From: Takakia lepidozioides
Taxonomy: Eukaryota; Plantae; Bryophyta
Assembly (NCBI GenBank): GCA_030704615.1
Contig: CM060733.1
Coordinates: 3,596,001 to 3,660,000, forward strand
Reading direction: 5' to 3'
Length of the DNA: 64,000 nucleotides
In this document: in pieces, positions 1 through 13,100 of the stretch
How positions within the stretch are numbered: the stretch's first letter is position 1
Layout: every line of letters starts with the position of its first letter
Notes under the pieces: generated by a model
Database searches by the model: none
What the model saw: the letters and a program-made list of their open reading frames with translations, nothing else
Told to the model about the DNA's origin: nothing
Position numbers and translations under genes: made by a program

Positions 1-1156
1 GGTTCTCACTCATCAATGCGGGAACCTACCAAGGACGGCCACCAGACCACACGGTACCTACGTTGCTACTTCCTTGTATATGTCGCCCCCACACATCATG
101 TACATGCCCTTCCCGTCTCTCTCCGGATATCCTCGTAGTCCATAGGCTCCCCATCAATGCCCCACCACCCTAGGCACGGTGCAGTTATAGGGTACAGTTG
201 CACCAAAACGATAAACTATAGGATCTATCTTGCCATACACTCAGAGAATTTTGTACAAAAGACAGACTCACTCGTGAAAGTAGATGCTGACATGACAATG
301 GGGAATTTCGCATGAGAGATTAAAATTAAGTAGTAGTTCCGGGAGTGAGAGTTTCGTCTCGATAAATTATCCATGGGACATGACAACCTTTAAGGTCTCT
401 TGGAGTCTCAATGCCCTTTTCTCAAGTCTATCATGGAAAGAGCCTAGTATCGTGTGAGCATAACGTGAGGAATCCCACGCCTATAGGGTAATGTATTTAT
501 CATGTATAGGGGCCCCACTAAGAGCCTTCACTAAGCTCTATTCACAGACGTAATCTCACAAAAGCACCTCACGGAGAGTCTCTCTACTCATAGAAGTTAA
601 TCACAAAAACTATGCACAGTTTCGGGGTGCTACACCCGGACCTCCCAACCACCGCACCATGCATCTTTATTCAGATTTCCTGCTTATTTAGATATGCTCA
701 AGGCGCATGTACACCATCGTCTCTACTCTAGCCATCTTGCCCTGTCCACCACCCCTAGTCTTGGATCATCTTCATGCTCACGAGCTTGCTTCATTTAACC
801 TACAACTGTTGGTTTGGCAATATTCTAGCAGTCTCTTGTCATTCCGAACTGGTGGACAGGTCGACCTTCGTTCCTGGCACTTAACAAGCTCCCCCTCCCA
901 AAGACAGGTCATTGTCCTCAATGACAGAAAACGAGGGGTAATTCAATACCAATTCATTTTCCTTCTCCCAAGTAGCCTCTGTCTCTGGGTAATGCAACCA
1001 CTTAATCAAATGTTCTTTCCAAGATTGGTTGCGCAGGTGCTTCACTCGCGTTTCTAGAATCTTTTCGGGTTCAGCCATCAGCTGACCATCGCTCATAGCT
1101 TGAGGTAATGTGGGCAAGATGTGTGATGGGTCTGACATATACTTCCGGAGAAGGCT
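1..1156 (-). mobile_element. Ty3/gypsy chromovirus 3' remnant (chromodomain, PPT region, LTR starting at 634 and running off the window)
   Basis: ORF 881..1138(-) encodes the chromodomain PEKILETRVKHLRNQSWKEHLIKWLHYPETEATWE. On the minus strand a G-rich tract is followed by TGTAGCACCC at 634. 509-1156 is the reverse complement of 3610-4256. Confidence 0.85.
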
Positions 1157-2211
1157 CGAAATATACGCATGCTCGCCTGCTCACGTGCTACCCAACCTCA
1201 AGTATAAATAAAGGTCCCAAATTCTGGCAGGGGCTATTCCTCAAGGTCTAAAAAAAGGAGAGGATTGGAACAACCAATGGGGAGGGAAGTTACATCTGTT
1301 GGAATGGGTGAAATGTGATGTCTTTCCAAAAGCAGGATGAGACGGTGACCCCTTTCTAGAAAGCTTGAGTATACAAAGAGGTCACCACCTTGAAAGGTAT
1401 ATAAAGATGTCGGCTATAAAGATCACATGTTTCGTGGGCCAAGTAGCCCCATTAGAATAAATAAATTTGGAACCTAAACAATCTTCAAATGAATGGAAAT
1501 GTCAATAACTAATTAAACATGTATTCAAAACATATTAGAGAGAGAGAGAAGACTCCGGCCGAGGCCGACGTAACTAAGAGCCACTTCGCCTTGTGGCTAC
1601 TGCCCCTTTTCAGGGGTGGGCCCTATGTAAAAATAACTGGTGTCTAGGGGACACCAAGTAACCAGTCTGGGGGTGGTATCCATAGAGACGGTACCGCATG
1701 GTACCCAAGGAGGGCACCCCATGGGTGCCTGCCGGGTATCCATATATATGTATCTAGGAGGCAAGAGCAGGGTTTGATTCGAGTTGTCGTTTGTTGGTGA
1801 TGATAGCAGTGAGAGAACGGAGGGTCGTGAGGTGGAGGGCCTTGAAGCATTTATGGATGGAAATGATGGGGAGATTAAAATTATTTTGAAGTTCAGAGAT
1901 GTTGGCATTGTGGATGCCCCCTCTGGTGCCGGCATTGATGACAGTGAGGGGCCTGTGGCCCATCCCCTCCGGCGGATAGCAATAATGAGTGGTGCATATT
2001 TTGGGCGTTTTTCGAGGATGGAGGAGCTGGGGAAGCGGTCATTGCAGAATGTGAATTCTAAGAAGTGTATGGTAATGACGGGGGATTTAGTGTTGTTGTG
2101 AGGGCCTATGTGAGCAGTTAAAAATAGTTTCGCAAATGTTTTAGTTTCTCAATTTTCGTTTCGTTGTCTAATATTCTGAAGGCATCTTAGTATCTGCTTC
2201 CAGTTGATTTT

Positions 2212-4256
2212 GTGATAGAGATTGACCATCAGAGTTTGAAATACTTGACCACGCAGCCTCATTTGAGTCAGAGACAGATTAGGTGGTCAGAACTGCTTCA
2301 ACAGTTCCATTATGACCTGAAGTATGTCAAGGGAAGAGAAAACGTGATTGCTAATATCTAGGAGACCATTACAAGCTAATCATTGTCTCATGTGTCAGTA
2401 ACACTATATTTCAGGACATTAAAGGTCAGTATGAGATTGATGGGTTCTTCAAAGAGCCATTTAACAGTTTGTCTCGTGACCAAAGAACTTCTATTGAGAA
2501 AGAGAAATACCGGCCATACCTCTGGAGAGATGGGGTGTTATTTTATAATGGTCGGCTGTTTGTTCCCATGATCCCGGACTTGAGATTGCTGATTATTCAT
2601 GACAGTCACAATGTTCCAATCTCAGGACACCCGGACTTTAAGAGGACCTACTGGTCAATACGGAAGCATTATTTCTGGCCAGGCATGAAAAAGGGAAATC
2701 AAGGAATATGTGCAGAAATGTTTCCCATGTCAAGTTTCGAAGTCAGAAAGAGTCAGACCTCCTGGATTACTACAACCATTATCTGTTCCTGGATGGAATT
2801 GGAAATCCATTAGCATGGATTTCATTGTGGATTTGCCTAGGACCAGGAATGGCCATGACAGTATCATGGTGGTTATAGATAGGCTGTCTAAGATAGCCCA
2901 TTTGATACCTACAAAGATGAGTGTTAGGCATCTGATGTTGCATCCTTGTACATGAAAGAGATATTCAGGATTCATGGTCTGCCTTGTGAGATTATTTATG
3001 ACAGGGATTCAAAGTTTATAAGTCGTTTTTGGATTGACTTGTTCAAGAAATTGGGAACCAAGGTGAGGCTGAGTACGGCCTTTCACCCAGAAACAGATAC
3101 TCAGACAGAAAGAACCAACCGTACAATAGATGATATGTTGAGGATGTACGTTGGTGAGAGACAATCCTCTTGGGAACAATTTCTGTACTAGGTGGAGTTT
3201 GCCTATAACAAGCATTTTCACAGTGCCATTGGCATGAGTCCATTTGAAGCTTTATATGGACGAGATTGCTTAGCTCTTGCTTCGCTGGTTGCACCACCAT
3301 CAAATGCGCAGAGTGTGAATGACAAAATCAGAGAGATGCACTCTATCCTGGATCTGGTGAAGTAGTATGCAGGCTGCACAGGAAAAGGCCAAGTTCTTTA
3401 CTGATAAGCACAAGACTTTTCGTGAATTTGTTGTTGGTGATATGGTGTTTTTGAAGGTTACACCTAAGAGAAGCAATCTAACACTTGGCAAGTGTTACAA
3501 ACGGTCGCCAAGGTTTTGTGGCCCATTCAAAATCCTAGAACGCCATGGCACAATGGCTTATGAATTAGATCTGCCTCCAACATGGAAGATTCACAAAACT
3601 TTCCATGTCAGCCTTCTCCGGAAGTATATGTCAGACCCATCACACATCTTGCCCACATTATCTCAAGCTATAGCGATGGTCAGCTGATGACTGATCCCGA
3701 AAAGATTCTAGAAACGCGAGTGAAGCACCTGCGCAACCAATCTTGGAAAGAACATTTGATTAAGTGGTTGCATTACCCAGAGACAGAGGCTACTTGAGAG
3801 AAGGAAAATGAATTGGTATTGAATTACCCCTCGTTTTTTGTCATTGGGGACAATGACCTGTCTTTGGGAGGGGGAGCTTGTTAAGTGCCAGGAACGAAGG
3901 TCGACCTGTCCACCAGTTTGGAACAACAAGAGACTGCTAGAATATCGCCAAACTGACAGTTGTAGGTTAAATGAAGCAAGCTCGTGAGCATGAAGATAAT
4001 CCAAGACTAGGGGTGGTGGACAGGGCAAGATGGCTGGAGTAGAGACGATGGTGTACATTCGCCTTGAGCATATCTAAATAAGCAGGAAATCTGAATAGAG
4101 ATGCATGGTGCGGTGGTTGGGAGGTCCGGGTGTAGCACCCCGAAACTGTGCATAGTTTTTGTGATTAACTTCTATGAGTAGAGAGACTCTCCGTGAGGTG
4201 CCTTTGTGAGATTACGTTTGTGAATAGAGCTTAGTGAAGGCTCTTAGTGGGGCCCA
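2212..4256 (+). mobile_element. Degenerate Ty3/gypsy chromovirus: RNaseH end, integrase, chromodomain, truncated 3' LTR (4131-4256)
   Basis: DHQSLKYL...RWSELLQQF (RNaseH end); HDSHNVPISGH...C..C zinc finger; SISMDFIVDLPRT, DRDSKF, STAFHPETDTQTER (integrase core); chromodomain. Several frameshifts and stops. TGTAG LTR start at 4131. Confidence 0.92.
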
Positions 4257-4335
4257 CTTTGTACGGCCGATTGGAATTTCAGTTTGATTTGGAACAGGCG
4301 AGTCCATACTAGTTTTGGATTGAGTTGAGGCCACG

Positions 4336-4780
4336 TGGTTATGAAGAGAGAAGTGCCTTGGCATTGGCGTTGATTTTCCTGTTGGATGTAATCAAGCGAA
4401 CAATTTTCTTCGGAATCTTGGAATGAGACCGACCCTGCAAGTTGAGTTATGTCACCGTTGAGAATTGACACTGGAGGCTAAGGGCCTTGCTTGTATCGAG
4501 CAAACACTTTTGAAATTCTTGTAAATTCCTTGTGAATAGCAAAACAAACAAAACATATATGCATTGCCTGAAATTGGTCATAGTTGGACTGAGGAAAGAG
4601 GCATAGAAGTGTTTGCTCGGTACAAGCAAGGCCCTCAGCCTCCAACGTCAATTCTCAACGGTGACATAACTCAACTTACATGATCAATCTCATTCCAAGA
4701 TTCCGAAGAAAACTGTTCGCTTGATTACATCCAACAGGAAAATCAACGCCAATGCCAAGACACTTCTCTCTTTATAACCA
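4336..4780. repeat. Fold-back inverted repeat, about 174 bp arms (4336-4509 / 4607-4780)
   Basis: The arms are direct reverse complements with scattered mismatches around a ~97 bp AT-rich loop. Confidence 0.9.
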
Positions 4781-4844
4781 TGACCGCGGTTACAAGCAGG
4801 CCCCTTAGAAAATTAAAATTTGGAACTTGAACCTATGTACAAAC

Positions 4845-5332
4845 TAGTGTTGGGCGGTTAAATTTCTCTCTAATACCCGGCGGTTACCTATACATATATA
4901 TATATGTATAAGTAAAGTATGATGCCTCCCGAAGGGAGCGTAACTTATGGGGTCTTTTCACCACAAGGGCTACTGCCTTCCAGCTGAGGTGGACACCTTC
5001 TTGACACACCATACGTGGTTTGAACCCACAACCACATCCAATGTGGTATGTGCCCATTACCACTGGGCTATATATATATATGACTGGTGGAGGTGAAAAA
5101 ATGCAGTAACCGGTCCAATTAGGAACCGGCAGAGGCCGACATTCAAATAACCGAGCAAAGAAACTTTTGCCAATATCCGCAGTTATTTGATGAAAAGTGC
5201 TGGTTATTTGAGGTAAGTTATGTCTAGCCATAAAACTTTTTAATAACCGTAACTGTAGGTTAATAGTTTCGTAAATTTTGAAGCAACCGGAGCCGCCGGT
5301 TACAAAAAAAATCAAATAACCACCCAACAGTA
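4845..5332. mobile_element. hAT-type MITE (copy 1) carrying a SINE
   Basis: Ends TAGTGTTGGGCGGTTA...TAACCACCCAACAGTA; perfect 8 bp TSD GTACAAAC (4837-4844, 5333-5340); AACCG-rich subterminal motifs. Confidence 0.85.
4920..5070 (-). mobile_element. tRNA-derived SINE inserted in a (TA)n tract inside the MITE
   Basis: Minus strand reads TAGCCCAGTGGT (A box)...GGTTCAAACC (B box). Homologous to 5606-5640 plus 6248-6365. Confidence 0.7.
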
Positions 5333-5427
5333 GTACAAACTACAAACACACTGCACATATTGCTACCTTTAAGCTTCTTGACTTTTGTTTTTAGAAAAAA
5401 CAAATCTCACATTTGAAATCTAATTGT

Positions 5428-6365
5428 CGGTAGCTTAGTTGGATAGTACAATCAGTGCCACCTAGATGATTATGGGATCAAATCCACCTACCTTGATGGA
5501 TGTGGTGTTGGCTGTGGTATGTTCTTCTCCCCCTTCCCCTTGGCGGTGTCCCATGCGAAAGCCTTCAAGGCGAGGTTACTTTGAAAGAGGTCGACAATCA
5601 AGTTGTAGCCCAGTGGTGCCCAGTGGTAATGGGCACATACTAGTGTTGGGCAGATATTTGATTCTGCCCCAAACCCCCGGGCGGATCCCAACCCGGATAT
5701 ATATATATATATGGATCCGGAGGTCAAAATTTTAAATATCCGCCTCCGTTAGGAACCGCCGGATATGAATAGATCGGATAACCGGATCCAGTTCAGAACA
5801 TGTTGTTTTTCTTTTGTATTTATTTTGATCCGGAACTACTGCCCCACAAGGGGCAGGTTATGAACCTTTATATCCGCCCTTTAATCGGAGGTTACTAACA
5901 GGTTATAATATGAACCTTTAATTTAGGTCAGATTATGGTTCAGCTCCTAATGAAACTCTGTGATACAAATAACTGTTATTATTTTTCATTAGTATTTTTA
6001 CATTAGATTTTTAATTTTTGGTTTATTTTACATCATTAAAATAAACGATGACTTGTTTGATAACGGGATACTGAACCGCCGAGAGAAAGTCCATTTGTCC
6101 ATAAACCGCATAGGCTTAAATTTTATTTATTGTTAACCGGCATGATATCAAAAATGAGAAAGCTCCAAAACTCCGGAACCTGAGGATGTAAAGTGAAACA
6201 TCTGTAACCGCCTGATATCAAAAAAATCAAATAACCGCCCAACACTCGCACATAGCACCTTGGAAGTGGTTGTGGGTTGAATCCACCCTTGGTGTCAGAG
6301 AGGTGTCCACCTTCCTAGCGGAAGACAAGAGACACCGTAATTTACGTTTCCTTTGGGAGGCGTCA
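5428..6365 (+). mobile_element. tRNA-derived SINE (possibly dimeric) split by MITE copy 2
   Basis: GGTAGCTTAGTTGG...GGGATCAAATCC head at about 5429; second head TAGCCCAGTGG at 5606. The body resumes at 6248 and matches 4920-5070. Confidence 0.65.
5641..6247. mobile_element. hAT-type MITE (copy 2)
   Basis: TAGTGTTGGGCAGATATTTGATT...AATCAAATAACCGCCCAACACTC; 8 bp TSD GCACATAC/GCACATAG (5633-5640, 6248-6255). Confidence 0.85.
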
Positions 6366-7133
6366 AATATTAAATATTATTATTATTAATGCAAGAGGTT
6401 ATTTTTTCCTCTCACTATAATTAAGGTGCCTGATTTGTGAACCCACTGTCGCGAGTCCCAGGTGTTTCCTTTTGAAAAAACAAAGAGAAAGAAAATCCAA
6501 TTGTAGGGAGGTCAAGTGAACTTAAGGGGTGCAGCCAATCAGGAGTGGCCTCGTAGATAGTCAACTCTGCGGCAACTCACCCCGGCATTTTTCTGACCCC
6601 CTTGACTTTGGAAAATTGTATGAGTTGCAGGCGAGCTCCAAATGGCGTGCAGTTTGTTGGAGCAGGTCTACCACATCACGGGCTATAAATGATCTTCAGG
6701 AACCAGCGATAAATAACGCGATCCTCAAGAGTTAGTACGGTCCATCTGAACTGGCCACGGGGTCGCGTAGGCAATTAGGGATAAGTTTGAGCTTCAAAAT
6801 TTCTGAAATTCCTATGTACCACTGACAGAATGCGGGACCCATTGTATACGTACTGTACTGTGGATCGCATTTGGATGGCAGAGATGGATTGTTTAGTGGG
6901 CAGGGGTTGGTGTCAGGCCCGCCTGACACAAATTGGGTTTGGTTTGTTCGGGTGAGGATTAAAAGAGTGGGGATTGCCGCCTGTTGGGCTCATTTGGAAG
7001 AGTGAATTCTAGGGAGAATTTTGAAGAGGGTCTCACGCAACCTCTGTAAATGCATGTGGTTTCATCTCCTCACTTCATGCACTTGAAGGGAGATTCTGTT
7101 GCCTAACTGTGAGAAAAAGGTTGGGGAGCTGAT

Positions 7134-10100
7134 ATGGTCCAGCTGCATGGGGCGGGGTCGGATAAAGGAAAGGGAGGTCTTCCTCGGAACCCAATCGTGT
7201 GGGCCGACGAGCAATTGAAGCAATGGGCGGGAGTCCTACGAGACGAGACGAAAAGGACAGCCCACCTGAGTGCAATTCATGATAAATCGATGAAGAAACT
7301 CCAGAAAATGGACCGCACAGTTCAATTCTGGACGCGAAGTGCTGAAGTCTATGCCAGCTACAAGGTCTTTCTTCATATACCCCCACCCGGCCCTGGTCTG
7401 CTCGATAGTCGTTTGAATGCAGTCATGCACTTGCAACATATCTCTCTCTTTCCATTGCTTGCAGGGAGTCCTGCTATCTCACTGTACATTAACAGCTGGG
7501 CAATTCCTCCAACAGTCTGATGTCTTTTCCTACATAGATAGACAGGGTGATTCGACTTATGAGCCTTGTCAAGGAGTGTTAAAGAACCCACCCTCTGCAC
7601 GCAACGTATAAGAAATTTCATCCTTTCCACTGTAGCACATTGCTCATATCCTTCAACATCTTAAACGCCTTACTGCAGTTGTGATTATGGAAAAATATCT
7701 TGATACACAAGCATTCTGGGGAAGACCTGATTTACATTCACCATGACACTTTCTAGTAAGATCACTTTCTAGTAAGATCTCCGATGCATATGGATTGATG
7801 CTGAATGTTAAGTTGGACCTAGGCAATTTTGAAATCTCCCATCTCTACAGATTTCTGGCGGACAGACACAGCTGATGTGGTTGCCTGAGATTTGGCATGG
7901 AGGTTTAAAATACACACTGTGATTACCCCACAATGTCCTTTGAAGCGTGTTGTTTACCCAATTTTTCAACATATAACCTGCAGTCGTTTATTTTATTGAA
8001 TGCGAGTTTGATGTACAGGCCACCCAGGTGCATGTACAGTTTGTCAAGGACAGAGCTGAAAGAGACCGAATTTGGGAAGAGCAACATGAAAGGGCAGCCG
8101 AGAAGATCTATTGCTTGTGTTCTGAGCTGGGGGGCTTTTTTCTGAAGGTAATGTCCATCGTACAATTAATGACCTGTATGGTCAACTTCATAAATATAGT
8201 TTCATCTTTTAATTACACCTTATTCTTCTTTCAATTTCTTTGAGGAGAACTAAGAATTGAAGGATGAGTTCTCATTTTTCCTCTCTATTTATGATGTCGA
8301 AGTTATTGGGCAAACCACACACAGCAGATTGATGCTTGTGTGAAGGGATTTCTAGAGGATATCTGGAAAACCCGAATCAATGTCCTTTATCAAGGTAAGT
8401 CTTACTACCGATGTCAGCCCCTGACTGAGGTAGGCTCTGTCCCTTTATGTTCCGCTCAAACTGGGCGCGGGGTCAATGGCCACAAGGCTACGGCAAACAA
8501 CGTCTTATGAGTACAATCTATTTATGATGTCGATGCTAGTGCTTAAATGAAGACTCAGTCTCCTCTAACTAGAATATGTCGGCTGCTCAAAACCTATGGA
8601 AACTGTGGGTCCAATGTTAACCTGGTTGGCTTTTTCCCATGGTTGATTTCTCTTGCTGACCTGTACTGATTGTGGGAGTTGGAACAGACAGCGCAGATCC
8701 TCGCAAAGCCTGATTTGTCACCAATGGCTTGGGTAAGAAAGTTAGTAGTTTTATGCGATGGGGCACCTGAAACGCCCTTTAAGGTGGTGCAAGGAGTGTT
8801 GGAACATGAACTTGGAAGGCCCATGGATGCTGTTTTTGAGCGATTTGACAGTAAGCCCCTTGGTTCTGCATCCATTGCCCAGGTTGGGTGTTTACTCCAT
8901 TTTTCTTTTCTTCATTATATTGGCAAACTTTGGGTGCCACCCAAGGGTCAAAAATGCTACAAGTTGAATGAAAGTCCTGGGCCGTTGCAGTAACTCCCGC
9001 AGATTGGCATGATAGGGCTACTGGTGGGAGTACAGAGATGATATTGCGATGGTGGAGATAGTGTTCTAAGCTGTGAGCTGTCTGGTGTTCTGAAAGTCTA
9101 TAGAGTGAGTTAGGCAGTTGACAATGTGGGGTTACTGTATTGCTGGAGCAGGTCCACCGTGCTAGGGTTAAGGGAGCTACAAGTGATGTTGCTGTCAAGG
9201 TATCAAAGTGCTTTGCAAAGTCCTTCTATCTAAAATCAACTCACAGGGACAGTCCGAATGTTTGGACCTCCGCCATCAACCAAGAATAAATTGTGTGTTG
9301 AACAGGATTGCATGCTGAAAGAGTAAGATTCAAGAACTGAATCAGACCAAAGTTTGTCAAAACCAAAATCAGACCAAAGCTTTAACATTATGGACTGACA
9401 AACTTTCCATGGTGGATTCTTCTTGCTTGGGATTACAAATGCAGGTGCAGCACCCAGGAGCACATGACCTGATGATGACGGACATCCGCAATCAAAAGAT
9501 CTTCGCCAATTTCTTGCAGCAGTTTGATATCCAGCTTGACCTGTTGTCCATTCTTGAGGAACTGGAACACCAGGTGCTGCCTTCCTCCAGTCCTGGTGAT
9601 ACTGTTGTTACAGACCTCGTGGATTGTGTATTTGGTATCTTGAGTTGATGCTAAGTTCTCTCTCTGATGACATCATGAACCTGTTTCCAGTCTGTGACAC
9701 GAGGGACGATATCATGGATGACCTCAAGGGTCTCACTCTCGGCACCAGACTGAAATTTAAACTCAGGGCAGGAAGCCTACCTTTGAACAGTAAACAGAAG
9801 CAGAGAGGAAAGGGAGAGTGCAATTGCCCGTTGTGTGGGCAACCCGAAGACAATATTTCTGATTCACTGTCCGGGGTACTCTCACCAGAGAGAAGCTCTC
9901 GTCCAATCTATCAAGAGAAATGTGCCTGTACCTCTGGTTACCAACTTTGAAAGTCTCGAGGCTGAGCCAAAATCTGGAAAACCGAATTAATTCTATTTAT
10001 AAAGGTAAGTCTTACTACCAATGTCAGCCCCTGACGGAGGTAGGTTCTGTCCCTTTGGTTTCCGCTCAAACTGGGCGCGGGTCAATGGCCACAAGGCTAC

Positions 10101-13100
10101 GGCAAACAACGTCTTATGAGTACATTCTGATGACATCATGTCCAGGGTTTTGTGTATTTTGATGTGCTTTTCTTGTTCTATTGCTCCCTAGACCCCGGGC
10201 ACTTTTCAGATTTTTAAAGTTTGATCAGACATGCTTAGCAGCTCACCTTCACAATGTCCTCTGGGGTGACAATGTTGTTCTAGTAATCTGTTTGTTCTGT
10301 TCTCCAATCCCATAAGTTCGTCAGACTTCCCATTCCATCGTAAAATGGTATTCTTTCTTCCTTTTTCCCAGTGGACGTAGTTTTTGTTTCTTGTCCTTTC
10401 TTCTCTCTCTCTCACTTTGGTGTATGACCCTTTTTTGATGTGGGGTTCGGAAGGACATTGTTGTTGGGAATTTGGGTAGTTATGTCCACTGGGAAAATGT
10501 CTTTCTAGCTTGTATGAGATGTGTCTGAGCTATGTCACGTTGGCTTGTGTGGAGAGCAGGTAGAATTTGAGTTTGATTTTAAAAGAGAGGCGCGATCAAT
10601 GGACCGAATCTCTGTGTCTTTAACAAGGGCCGACCATGGCGGTCCTCCCATCACCATCCCTCGTTCGGTACCGGGCATGGTTACTGAGTATGTCTGTCAC
10701 CGTTTGTTGTATTTATCTGGCAGTGTAGCCTAGTTTCAGGAATTCTGGTGTCCCGTCCTTCCAGTTCTATCCTCTATCCTAGAATTATGTGCTTTCCTTC
10801 CTTCTCTTTTCCGTGACACAGTTCCCGCTGGGCGCGGGGTCAATGGCCACAAGGCTACGGCAAACAACGTCTTATGAGTACAATCTTTTCCGTGTCACAG
10901 TAATTGCCCGATGTGCAGGCAGCCTGAAGACAATATCCATTTTCTGATACATTGTCTGGGTTATTCTCACCAGAGAGTGACCCTCTTCAGGACAATCAAA
11001 AACATTGTCCCTGCACCTCTGTTCACCAACTTTCAAAATCTTGAGACTGAGCCTAAAAACCCTGTTCATGTCGGGGTCGAATTGCTGGGCAGCTCACACA
11101 CAGCAAGTTGATGCTTGTGGTGAAGGGCTTTCTAGAGGATATCTGGAAAACCCGAACTAGTTGTCTTTACCAAGGTAAGTCACACTACCGGAGTGAGCCC
11201 CTCACCAAGGCAGCATCTATTCCCTTTTGTTCCGCCCAACTGGGCGTGGGGCCTTTGGCCACAAAGGCTATGGCAACAACCTCTTATGTACATTATTTTC
11301 CGTCACAACTATGTTGACAATATACATGTGTGCGTTTAAGTGCAGGAAAGTGTTGGTGATGGACTTCATAGAGGGCATCCCTATTATAAAGATCGGTGAT
11401 GAGATGGCCAAGCGAGGCATCAACCCTAATGGTGCAGTTGCTAGACTGGCTAAAAGGTTTCTCTATCTGTCTCCCTGCTTCTTGGCTGAATTATTGATCA
11501 AATTGATAATCTTGTAGTGAGCTTCCTGGAGGAAGTGTGGCAGGCCCAAAATTTCCCATGGAAGGCTCCACAACTAAAGTGAGCCTTCAGCAAGGACAGT
11601 GGACCCCAATTCCACTATCCTGGCAACCCTTCCCCCTCCAGTTCTCCCTTCCTTTTGCTTCCTATTGGAACCTGGAGTTGTGGCCACAATAGTAAGCAAG
11701 TCTCATAGGTAAAGCTTGATCCATCCTGTTCTCACTACAGCACTTGCAACCACAGTGATGTGCTCAATCTCTGGTCTAGGTGAAAGGTTATGTGAGGCGT
11801 GGTTTCTAGTGATGTCAATGCCATCAACTGTATACTCTGGTCGTCTTCGGCTGCATGCAAGTGCTGTAGCTATGTTGGGCTTTAACCTCATAGCTTGGCT
11901 CGTTAAACTGTATCTCCTGGAACAAGTCATGGATTATAACCAAGGTTTCTGGAAGAAGTGAATAGATATACTCTTCCCCTCTGTCGAGCAGTATAGTCCA
12001 CTGGATGGATGATTTGTCAAAGTGGGTGCCTATTGTTTATGGTACCCTCATGTATGGCTTGACTTACTACCTGCCCAAGTGGACTAATTCAACTTATCTT
12101 ATTTTCAGGAACATTCTGAGGGATTTGACAACTGCATATGGGCAGATGATTCTTAGGGATGGTTTTTTCCAGGCTGACCCACATCCAGGGAATATACTAA
12201 TTGACAAGGGTGGTAAGGCAAGTCAAATCACCCATTGCTGTACTTTATCTCTTGATCTCTGGATTGCTGTGTGGTTTTGAGAAAGAAGGAAAAAGGAAGG
12301 AAGCTTTATATCCGCAGAAAGCTCAAACAGATTATGGGACAAAGGAAAACAAGAACAAAGAAAACATTGGGGTCCATAAAGAAGCCAAAAAACCTAGTCT
12401 TTATTCTCTAAGTTTGACAGCCTCATGCACATAAGCCGCCAGGCATCTCTGGTCCTTGTAAAAAAAAAGCCTCTGTCAGGGATTGGCTACCTCTGTAGAG
12501 GCAGTAGTAGCGGCCGTGGATTTTGTAGGAGAATGGACACTGAAAGAAGAATGTTCCTGGGTCTCAATCTGTTATCTGTCCTCCCTAGCACAGGCAGGGC
12601 ATAAACGTTGAGCATGCTGCCCGTCTCCATCCTCAGACTGTAATCCCGTCCCAATGCTGTCAATAGAGATGCAGAAAGTGGTGCAACAAAAGAAATCCAA
12701 CAAAAAGCAAGAAAACAAGAAAAGAAATCTTTGTAAAATCCACAGAGGACCACAGGGTCTCATGGAACAAACTAGGAAAAAACACTGAGGGCCTCCTCCA
12801 AAGATGGAAAGCTCTAAAGAGAGTAGTGTCTTCCTTAGATTTTGTAGTATGCAGGACAATCAAAGAAAGAGCCGTGTTCTATTTCCACTACCTGCATAGT
12901 GCAGACTGGACAGATTGTTGCCTTTTGGTTTTGCCTCTAGGCCATTTCCCGGTATCTGTCCAGCATATGAGAGCCATCTCAGAAGGCGCCCCGGGATCAT
13001 CTGAGGGCAGAGAGGTAGGAGGGCATGGTGATGCAAAGAAAGAAAGAAGGAAGGAAAAGAAAGAAAGAAACTGTCCATCTGAATTCGGGTTGGAGATGAA

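Noticed and set aside
1157-2210. Short ORFs between the chromovirus copies
   Set aside because: No recognisable domains or splice structure.
5428-5640. tRNA genes
   Set aside because: Only degenerate A/B boxes with no full cloverleaf, followed by a repeated SINE-like body.
11520-12860. Additional diverged LINE-like pieces in ABC1K introns 7-8
   Set aside because: Only weak resemblance (FLEEVW, LCPAC) and no clear TSD or boundaries.
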